Source of the DNA: Rhizaria sp. SCN 62-66
Lineage: Eukaryota
Assembly: GCA_001724265.1 (NCBI GenBank)
Contig: MEDY01000256.1
Coordinates: 1 to 64,000, forward strand
DNA length: 64,000 bases
Direction: 5' to 3'
A program made the position numbers and the translations under genes. Shown here in pieces: positions 1-10,225 of the stretch (position 1 is the first letter of the stretch; every line of letters begins with the position of its first letter). Under the pieces are notes generated by a model, which was not told the DNA's origin, ran no database searches, and saw only the letters and a program-made list of their open reading frames with translations.

Positions 1-23
1 GGCGAGACGGATGGGGGACGTAC

Positions 24-138
24 GGGAAGTGCCGTTCTTGCCGATGACGGTGGCCTCGTTGGGGTCGAGCCAGACCTTGCCCTTGCCGCAGGACATGACG
101 GACGCAGCGAGGCGCTTCTGAAGCTTGAGACTCACCAT
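24..138 (-). CDS. RPL19: 60S ribosomal protein eL19, first coding exon (gene continues beyond the left edge)
   Basis: Manual translation from ATG at 138: [28 protein letters not shown]..., the typical eL19 N-terminus; GTACGT donor at 23. Not in the ORF track. Confidence 0.95.
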
Positions 139-770
139 CTGTTTTGTGGAGGACACGGGAAGACGAGTTGATTAAGAGTGCAAATACGTTAGATGCGATT
201 AAATTATATACTGAGAGGACAGAGGTAAAATGAGCGTTAAAATTGCAACGACGGTCACTAGACGCAGATATCGATGAAATGAATCCCCGCCCTCTAGCTG
301 CTCGTTGTCTGCCGGTCCGGCCAGTCTCGGTCCAACCCGCCGACCGGGCAGAAAGTTAAGCCGACCGAGATTGGACTGACGATCAACCAAGTCTCACAGT
401 CGGTCGGCTGGCCACAACTTGGCAGCAGACAGAGAGAGACTGGGGAACTGGGAGAGAGGAAAAAGCAAGAAAACTCTGCATCAAACGGGGTATTGTGATC
501 GCCAATTTCGCTGTAGTTTAGTGAGTGCATTGCCGACGAGGGTTTGCTTGTGTGATGTAATTTTATGTTTCTGTAGTGACCTGCTTATGCTGATAAACCG
601 AGGCTTAAATGTGAGCTCACCATGACACGATTCCCCGACGACGTTTTCGCTCTTATTTTCGCAGAACACCTTCCCGTAGGCCTTCACGGACACCCCCGAC
701 TTTTCCATCTTTTCCCTTTGACGTTGTTTGAAGCCGCACGAGCTTTCTGCCTTCAAGGAAGTCTTCCACC

Positions 771-989
771 ATGCTCAACACCCGCCAGCGCATCATCTTT
801 TCCCTCCTCATCATCCTCATCTTCATCTGCTTCGCCTCGTACTCGGCTGGCTACTGGTTCTTCTGGGCCGTTCCCACCCTGTCGACCTTCATGTGGCTCA
901 TCTGCGACATCCTCTTCCTCGACGACGACTCGTTCCTCTTCGAGCCCTCGTTCGCGGTCTGGCAGCGCAAGAGCGGCTCCAGCTACTAA
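771..989 (+). CDS. 72-aa small membrane protein, two predicted TM segments, unknown function
   Basis: ccaccATG start, strong C/G-ending codon bias, two hydrophobic stretches then acidic tail DDDSFLFEP; TAA stop. Confidence 0.75.
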   Translation: MLNTRQRIIFSLLIILIFICFASYSAGYWFFWAVPTLSTFMWLICDILFLDDDSFLFEPSFAVWQRKSGSSY

Positions 990-2631
990 GCCTAACGCTT
1001 AATAACGCTTCCTTTGTTTTTGATGTCGCCCAGCGCCCCGCTCCCGCGCCGCATGTGCACACCACGCTACTTGTACCGCGTGGTGCGTTGTGATGTGCCC
1101 TTGTGCCGCGCTACTCGCGCGGGGAAGGCCGTCTGAATCCGCGTAAATCGTGTTTGTGGCTCTCAAGTCGGCTTCTATTTGCCGCGCTCCCAAACATTCT
1201 TCCTGCTGTCTGCGGGAAACGCGGATTGACGGTGGATAACGTCGCTGCTACGAGCTATCTATGTATTAACGAGCTGTAGCAGCGCGTTGTGTAGGTCGAC
1301 GTAATATCTGTAAAAAGAAATTCTAAGAAAAATGTTATCAAAATTGTATTCAAAGAATACACTCATACAACCTCGTTTTGCACTCTCTCAATGTTCATTC
1401 TTTATTTTTTGCATCTATATTGAGTTCACCGTCAGAACTGTTTTGATTTTAGTGTCAACATGCAATGTTATTTGTTTTTTTGTTTTGTGATATTATTGTA
1501 TTGAAAACATATGTCCACACAATCACACTCAGTTGTCAGATCCTCCGCGTCACTGTTGCAGTTGCAGTTGCTACTGCTGATGTCCGTCACCGTCACTTGT
1601 CTCGGTCTCTCGAAGTGCGTCTCAATCTCATCGTAATGCTGTCGTTGCTAGTAGTGCCCAGTTTGCTGTTGATATTGCAGCAAGCAGAGTTTGTCAACTG
1701 CGTAAGTAACTGTCACTGTGATTGCCTAAGCAAAGTACTTCGACACAGCACGGCAAAGCAAAGCACAGCACAGGCCAGTGTGACCCAGCACGGCGCTGTA
1801 CCATGCTGCCACAGCTATTGCAGCAGCGTTAGCGTTACAGAAAAGCACAGTACGAACATAAACAACGAGTCAAAAGCGAATAGAATAGAGAACGGGAGAT
1901 CTTCGAGAGAAACAAGTACAAAAACATGTGACAAAAGCACGCATGCACACATACACACAGTAAGCGCGGAGTATTAGCACCAACTAAGGGCGATTGGCGG
2001 GACGAGTGAGAACACCTGTACAGAAATTAGCTCTCCAAGACCCAAGAAATAAAAGAAAAGATACAACATGAAGAAAAACACGAAATAGAACATAAACAAA
2101 AACAAAAGAAAATAGAAAGAGACATACGCTACTTTGATATTGTTACTTTTAGCATCAGATCACATCACACCTACCCAAAAAGCACCACGATTGCGCCAAA
2201 ACTTATCATAATGTTTTTGATATTATGCAGGTTAAAGTATTGGGAACAAATGCTCTGGTGCTCTGGTTCTAAAACGGGTATGACTGATGTTATTGTTGTA
2301 GTTTGCTACTAGAATTTTGTTGTTTGTTATTATTGTTATCGATGACTGCTATTGATTTGCGCAAGAGAATGACGCCGTCGTCGTCGCCTCCAGCCTCACT
2401 TAATGGCCTAATTCTCCTTGTTGAGATGCACAAAAAATGTAAAAAATATAATGACTAAAAAACTGATGAACACAATGAAAGAAAGGGAACGAAATATGCA
2501 AAAATAAAATAGAAGCACAGAACTCTTGACAATAGCAAAACAAGTCCCAACGTGAACATGACCACACAGCAAAGCACCGTGCTTATAGTCAGTTGTCAGT
2601 CACTTGCCAGCTCTCATCACGTCACAGGCAC

Positions 2632-4975
2632 TTACTGCTTCTTCTGCGAGTCAAGCGAGAGCTGCATCATGCGCTTCGCCATGGCGTCTGAGCTCTCGAC
2701 GCCGCCCATGTTGCCGGCGGGGTGCTGCTGCTGGGGTTGCTGCGGCTGCTGTTGCATCATCATGTTCATGCCGCCCATGTTGCCCATGTTGGCCATGTTG
2801 TTCATGTTGTTCATGTTCATCTGGGCCTGCGCCTGTGCCTGTGCGTAGTGCTGCTGCTGCTGCAGCAGGAGCTGCTGCTGTTGCTGCTGCTGTTGCTGCT
2901 GGTGGTACGCCGCAGCGGCAGCGGGGTCGACGCCCGCGCTGTGCTGTTGCTGCTGTTGCTGCTGCTGTTGCTGCTGCTGCTGGTAGGCGTACATCTGCGC
3001 GGCCTGGGCGGCCTGAACCTTGGAGACGCGGTAGGCGTTAATGATGTTGACTGCGTTGGGGTCCATCGAGGGCTGCTCCATGATGGGCTGCTGCGCCCAG
3101 CGGCACGCCTCGACGTACTCGGCCATCGCCACCGCCACCGCGGGCCCCGCGCCCGCGGTGCCGTACTGCTGCTGCTGTTGCTGCTGTTGCTGCTGCTGCT
3201 GGAGAAGCATCTGCTGCTGCTGGAGCTGCTGCTGCTGCTGTTGCTGCTGCTGCGGATGCTGCGGATGCTGCGCCAGCGGGAGCATGTTGCCGGGCTGGAC
3301 GGGCGCGCCCCACTGCGGCTGCAGCGGCACAGCGCCGCCCGCGGCCACGGCCGCGGCTGCGGCCGCGGCTGCGGCGGCCGCGGCGGCGGCCTGCGCCTGC
3401 GCCTGTGCCTGTGCCGGGGTGAGGAGCTGGCCGTTCTGGCCCGGGAGGGCGCCGACGACGGGCGCGACGGCGTTGTTGTTAGCGCGCACCTGTTGCTGCT
3501 GCTGCCGGACCTGCTGCTGCTGCTGCTGCTGCTGGACGGCCGCAGGCACGGGCTGCACGGGCGCGGCGGCGGCCACGGGGGCCGGGGCCGGCGCCGGGAT
3601 GAGTCCCTCGTCGCCCTGGAGCCCGCCCATGGGTAGCGGGGGGCCGATGGTCACCGGCATGATCTGGTTCGACTGCGGGTTGTTGACGGCGTTCTCAGCG
3701 GCCTCGCGCTGGTACGCTGAGAGGATGGTCCAGTCGAAGACGAAGTCCTGCTGGTAGCCCTTGCGGAGGAAGAGGTCGCGGAAGAGGTTGCGCAGCTCGC
3801 GGTAGTCGGGCTTCTCGTCGAAGCCCAGGTTGTGCACTGCGCGGAAGTACGACTGGAACTCGCTGGGGAAGCCGGAGCACAGCACGTCGAGCGGAGTGCC
3901 GATCTTCTTCTCCGAGATGCGGTCGTACTTCTCGCGCTTGTTGTCCGCGCGGAGTCCCTGCCACGGCAGGTGGCCCTTGCAGAAGTAGACAAGCACGTAA
4001 CCCAGCGACTCGAGGTCGTCGCGGCGCGACTGCTCGCGGCCCACGTGCGTATTGATCGAGGCGTAGCGCGCGGTGCCGGTGAGCGACTTATTCTCCGAGT
4101 AGGCGATATGCTCCTGAGTCTTGGGGTCGCGGTAGCGCTTGGCGAGGCCGAAGTCGATGATGTAGACGATGTTCTCCTTCTTGTGCGTGCCGATGAGGAA
4201 GTTGTCGGGCTTGATGTCGCGGTGCACATAGTTGCGCGTGTGGACGAACTCGATGCGTTGCAGCAGCTGGTCCGCCAGCATCAGCGTCGTCTTGAGTGAG
4301 AACTTGCGGTTGCAGTAGTTAAACAGGTCCTCGAGCGAAGGGCCCAGGAGATCCAGCACCAGCGCGTGGTCGTCGGCGTCGCGGCCGAACCAGCGCAGGC
4401 AAGGGATGCCCGGGGGAATCTTGTTGCGCGGCTGCGCGAAGTACCTGTAATGATCAAACGACAACAAAGGAGGAATACAGAAGACAGAAGATGAGTGTTT
4501 AATAAAATGCAAACTTAGTAGAGCACTTGCAAAATTGAATAAACTAGACAAATAGGGCAACAACGTAGTTGTGCATGCGTGTGTCCAGAGGAAACCGAAG
4601 GTGTGGATATGAGCGCGGAGATGTGCGTGTAAATAATGCGTACTTGTAGAGCTTGGCCTCGTAGGCGAGCTGCGGGTGGCGTGTGGCCGTGCTCTCGCGC
4701 TTGATCGCGACCTCTTCCTGCGTCAGCAGCGACACGCCCAGGTGGATTGTGCCGAAGGAGCCGCCGCCGATCTTGCGGCCCTGACGGTAGCGCCCGGCGA
4801 CGACGTGCTCGCCGCGCTGGATCGCCTGCGTGGCCTCGGTCGATAGCTGCCGGTTCGTCAGCGGCAGCCCCAGGCGCGTGTTAGCCGCGATGGGGTTGTT
4901 CGCGCCCGCGGCGGGCACGGCACCCGCGCCGGCGGCGGGGGCTGCGGCCACGCGCGCGTTCTGCTGCGCGGGTAC

Positions 4976-5006
<31 letters not shown>

Positions 5007-5206
5007 GCAGCAGCAGCGGCGGCGGCGGCGGCGTTAGGGTCCATGGGAGCGCCGTAGCCGCCGACAGGCGCGGCAACGGCGGGGACTGGCACGGTGGGGT
5101 TGTAGGGCGCAAAGCCGCCGGGCATCTGCTGCTGCTGGGGCTGCTGCTGCTGCTGAGGGTAGCCGGGGGCGGCGCCGGTGAGGTCGGGCTGGTATGGAGT
5201 GCTCAT
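2632..5206 (-). CDS. CK1: Casein kinase 1 family kinase (about 791 aa) with Q/A-rich N-extension and poly-Q C-tail; exons 5206-4644 and 4444-2632
   Basis: [59 protein letters not shown] motifs; intron 4643-4445 (GTACGC...TTACAG) restores KLYKY in frame. Confidence 0.96.
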
Positions 5207-6446
5207 TTTGCGGGGGATATACAGGCGTTAAAAGCTCGGGAAGGAACTTAAAGTGCAGGTATGTGCGTAGTGTGTGTCAGATCAAGCGCGATGGGAGAGT
5301 TTTCGATTAAACTGGGCAGATCCTGAGGAGCTGAACAGAATGAACTAGAAACCACAAGGTGAGGCGCTTAAACCGAGACGATGCGACAGTCGACGAACAA
5401 AAGCACGCAAAAACGGGCTGAGTGTTCACAAGAAGGGCGCAAGAGCACAATCAAGTGGTGAAAAAGACTTCAAACGGGCGCAGCGAGCAGGAAAAGCTTG
5501 CTGAGCGGCGAGGGAAGCGAGGCAACGCGGCGGAGACGAGAGCTGGCTACTGCGACACGGAAAGCCTGAGCTCGTCTGGTCTAGCCGAGCGACGGGGCGG
5601 TGCTCGAGGGCCGAAACGGGCGCAAACGCAGGCGCAAAGTGCAGGAGCGTACGGGGCGCGGGAAAAACCGGGTCGGGACGCGGGTGCTGAGAGAACAGAG
5701 CCGCGCAACGGGGGGACGGGGACGGCGGTCAGCAGGGACGCGCGCGTGGACTGGGGTGGGAGGCTGTGGCGGGACGAAGGAAAAGGATTGGGGCAAGCGC
5801 CGGAGAAAATTTGGGATGATATGAGTAGGAGTGAAAACTAAATTAATGGCGCATATAATGTGGGATTGAGCAAAAAAGGCATTACAGAGAGGTCTAGGGG
5901 GTCAACGACGGAGGCATGCAGCAAACGGCTGAGATCGTGACGCCTGCAGATCTCAAAAACAAAAGCACGTGAAAGGCGGCATACGTCGCAGCAGTCCACC
6001 ACACAAAGCGCATAATAGATAGAACACGTCTTGGTACTTCCCAGATAGCAGTTTGGCGCTCTCTACGCGGCCGATCACCCTCTGCAAATTGACTCTATTC
6101 ATGTCGTTTGGCCTTTCTTCTTACTGACCCCTTGTGGTGCAGACAGCTCGGTCCAGAGAGATCATCGCAGTGAGTGACGACCGACCGACCGAAAAATGTT
6201 GTTTGGACTTTTTTCGGTCCTGGTAGAAAAAGTAATTTCGGGTCGAGCGCGGTTGGGTGGACAGACTGGCCCCGAGATGGCGGCGGCAGACGGGTGTGAG
6301 TCGAATCGAGGAGAACTTAGACGGTTAGTTTGGGTATCTAGCGTGGTTGTGTTGGCTTTGTATATAACTCACCTTATTGCCTGCGTTCTTTTGTAATTCT
6401 CTAGTTTTCTTTTTTCTCTACTGATTGCGTCGTCGCTGCGCGCGGA

Positions 6447-9292
6447 ATGCTGCACGTTGCATCGACTCACACAACGCGGGGGGCCACCGCGGTGGTGCGC
6501 ATTGCCCAGCGTGCTGTCTCGTCTAAGACGCCGAGTGCGTCGTCGTCCAATGCTACCGACACCGTCCCTATCGAGACTCTTTACGGCAAAATTGAGGAGC
6601 GCCCTCGTGCCGAGGTTGACCGCTTGATCGGTGAGGCCAACAACGTCCAGCCCCTGCTCGAGACGACCGTAAGCCAGGAGTACCTCGAGTCGCTCACGGC
6701 CGCCTTCCGCTCCGCCGCGGATCGCGCCGAGCAGGACGTTATGGCCCAGGTCGCGCAGAACCCGCTGCTTAAGGGCAGCATGGAGTACGAGACTGTCGGT
6801 GCCGCGCCCTTGCGTCTCGGTCGCGACATCCTCAAGGCCAAGGCCTCGGGCTCGCTCGACCAGCTCAACCGCGACCTCAGTCTGTCCCACCTCAACACCC
6901 CCGACCTCCGCGCCCTCAACGTTGACCCTGCCACGCTAACCGTCGAGCCATCTGCCAAGGCCGCCGCCGCCGCCAAGGCCGCCGCTGCTTCTGCGGCTGC
7001 GGGCAAGGCCGGCAAGGGTGAGCTTAGCGGGCTGACCGACGCCCAGATCGATGAGATCCTGGACTTTCACCACCCGCCGCGCATGACCTACGAGCACGTC
7101 AAGCTGCTCAAGAACATCGACTACTCGCCCCTCGTCACTGCGGCCCGCAACTCGGTCGGCATGTTCACCGTCTCGGACGTCCTCCCGCTCGTCAACGGCA
7201 TCGCGGTACGTCACTCTCTCAAACCCCGGAATCATTTCATCGATCTCATGCTATATCTAAGAATGCTCTTCACTTATGTCAAGAACGTTCTTTTGCTTCA
7301 ATGACAACTTATTTATAGCTTGAATTGCTTTTGTTTTTCTTTAAATGTGTGGTTTATACTGTGTAACGTCGACGATGACAAACCTAATCCGACATCAATC
7401 TGAGGATGTTTTTCAACAATTTTTTATCCTGAGGGTCTGAGACACTACACGCTTTAAACACACTTTAAATCTCTTTGCAACATCAACACACCACTCTTTT
7501 TTCCCGCCAAACTCACTCTTTATTTTTTTTCTCTTTCTCTCCGTTTGCGTTATGTTGTTTCGCTTTGCGCTGACATCATAGGAGGATGCTGCTAAGCGCC
7601 TCACCGACGTCGGCCACGACGTCCGCCAAAAGCCCTTCGTGATCGAGGACACTTTCGACGTACGTCACTTATCACTCTCGCTGCATTTCTCTGATATCCG
7701 TCATATTCTTGCACTCAAAGCTGTTTACGAAACATGCGGCGCTCGCACGTCTTTGCCGTGCATTCGCGTTGGCACTGCAGACGACGAGGAGTCAGCTTGT
7801 GAAAGCAGTCTGAGGAGTGAATATCGGCGTGAACGTGTCTTGTATCTAAAGTGTTAATCTGTCGACGATGACAAACCTAATCCGACATCAATCTGAGGAT
7901 GTTTTTCAACAATTTTTTTATCCTGAGGGTCTGAGACTTTTTACCAACTTTTACACACACACACAACACTTCAAAAAAAAACTTGCAAGATCGCATTTGA
8001 TGAACAACAAACTCACACCTCTTTCTTTCTCGTGCTTTTCGTCTTTGACCTCCGCAACAACGCTCTCACAGACGATGCAAGGCAAGCTGAACAAGTGCCG
8101 CTTCTGCCGCCCCGACCCTTCCCAGGACAAGATCTTGACGATCCACTACTCGAACGTGGACCTGCTGCGCCAGTACATCTCCGAGACGGGCATGATCCTC
8201 TCGCGCCGCGTCACGAGCCTCTGCTCCTCGCACCAGCGCACGATGCGCTTCGCCATCAAGAACGCACGCTTCCTGGCGCTGCTGTCGTACACGAGCGACT
8301 GGCACGTCCCCTACTCGTACGTCAACCCCGCCAAGTACCCCGCCTGGCGCGATCAGCAGAACGCGCGCGACCAGGACGCCGCGGAGCGCCACGAGCGCAA
8401 GCAGGCGGACCTGGAGCTGTTGGCGTCGCTGCGCGACGGCGAGGAGCGCGACGCCGCCGTGGCCGCCATCAAGCTGCGCAAGGGCGTCGTGGCCAACTAC
8501 AACCCCGACATCGAGGCCAAGCTGGCGCACCTGCCGCCTCTGCTCACGGAGCCGCTGTACGACCGCTTTGCTCCGCCCAACGCGCGCGCGCCCGTGGCCG
8601 ACGCGGACCGCGACCTGATCCCGGGCATGCTGGCCGAGAAGCCGTCCCCGGCGATGCTGGCGTGGGCCGCCAAGCAGGCCGCCAAGGACGCGCAGGAGGA
8701 GGACGCGGCGCTCTTCGACCCCTTCTGGTCGCCTACCGAGGCCGCCGACGCGGGCGAGGCCGTGGCCAACGACGGCTGGGTGTCGGACGGTGAGCTCGAG
8801 TTCCTTCGCGATGCCGCGGCGACCGAGCCCGCCGAGGCCAAGGCCGCGCTCTACGCCGACCACCTCGCCGCGGCCCTCCGCGCGCGCCTGTCGCAGACGG
8901 TGAACCGCGAGGAGGCGCGCGCGCTGGCGGCCGAGCTGGAGGAGCTGGGCGTGGCTGGCGCGGAGCAGTTGCCCGACGCTATGGGCCTCTCAGGCGTCAC
9001 CGATGTCATGACCGACGCGCTGTCGGACGCCAACGTGCCCGCGCGCAAGCTGGCCGAGACTGTCTCTGTCCCGCGCGCCGAGGAGATCCTCCGCGGGTTG
9101 GGCATCGACGTCGACGCGCTCGTGGCCAAGGACGACGGCTTCGACGCCGTGGCGTGGGTGGAGAAGCTGCGCCAGATCCAGGCCGCCAACAAGCTGCGTG
9201 ACACCAAGAACCCGTTCGACCAGGGCGACCGCGTGGAGGACCTCAAGGCGCTCCACCGCCTTGGCTTCACCGGGCCCGCCAAGAAGATCTGA
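6447..9292 (+). CDS. Mitochondrial ribosomal protein with bS18 domain (about 685 aa); exons 6447-7205, 7582-7659, 8072-9292
   Basis: KCRFC...IHYSNVDLLRQYISETGMILSRRVTSLCSSHQR...AIKNARFLALL is a bS18 signature; R/S/T/A-rich presequence-like N-terminus; both GTACGT..AG introns are phase 0 and keep the frame. Confidence 0.85.
7368..7443 (+). ncRNA. Intronic box C/D snoRNA, copy 1
   Basis: GTC/GAC terminal stem, C-box-like ACGATGA, D' CTGA (7400-7403), D CTGA (7437-7440); TATCCTGAGGG upstream of D is complementary to conserved LSU rRNA CCCUCAGGAUA. Confidence 0.85.
7861..7937 (+). ncRNA. Intronic box C/D snoRNA, copy 2
   Basis: Identical to 7368-7443 except one extra T in the T-run; lies in the next intron of the same gene. 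Confidence 0.85.
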
Positions 9293-10225
9293 GTCTGCAA
9301 AGACTGAGTTCGCAAAGGCTGTGTCAGAGTCGACGACCAAGATGCCTCACTCGATCAGCAGCAGCAGTAGATTCGCTCGTTCTTATACGCGTGTGTCTGG
9401 GGTTGCTGTTGTCGGTGATGTCGCTGTCGGTGGTGTTGTGGTGGTGACGATGGTGGTATTTTTAATGTTGCTGACTGGTTGGAGTGAGGGAGGTGGTAAT
9501 GTAGTGAGGAGAAAGTGGGGTGAGGCTGGGGGATTTCTTTTCTAATTTATTCGTTTAAAACAAACAACAAACCGAGAAAAAATAGACACAAAACGTGCAT
9601 CTGCTACCCAAAGCATTATTGCCGATATCATATAATACACACTGTCTGCTTTGACAGGTCCTTATATTCCTTAAATGTGTTTGCGTAACTTTTCGTTCAC
9701 TGGTGACCGTTGTTAGTAGGGGGCCGAAAAAGTCGACTGGGAGAAAAAAGATGAGGGTTTGGCGCCTTAGCAAAAATTGGAATAGATCTGTGACGAATCG
9801 TCCGATTCAAAATTCAAACGTAGTTTGGTGCATACCCGTGAATATTTTATTTGGCTTTTATATGTATAGTCCTCTCAGCCACTCATGGCGCGTAGAGTCT
9901 ATCTTGGAAGACCTATCCCTTCCACCTACTCGTTGACACAGACGCACCACTTTCAACCCACTCTCGATCCACGTATCACTGTTTTCCATCGCGAGCGTAG
10001 CCTCGTCACTCTGTATATATTAACATATTCTATCAAAATCGCTTACTCATGTTCCATATCTGCTTGTTTGTGCTCCATTAAACTTTCTCGACAGCCAACT
10101 CCACCAACCTCACAAACCCGTTGGCGTTCGCCCCATCCGCGCCTTCGTCTGACGCCACAGCCCAGCCCCGTTCGTCCCTAGCCTTTTTTTCTTGCGCCTC
10201 GCCTGCGCCCTCTTATCTGCCCGTG

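Noticed and set aside
1465-1977. 170-aa plus-strand ORF, and a minus-strand frame (about 1470-1725) containing a TAG among Gln codons
   Set aside because: No coding-type codon bias or recognisable motif; most likely CK1 3' flank, so not used as evidence for TAG reassignment.
7789-7860. CTGAG...ATCGG..GAAC segment resembling a TPP riboswitch
   Set aside because: Lacks the conserved CUUGAU..GxUAAUxC..GCGxAxG P4/P5 half, and the host gene is unrelated to thiamine.
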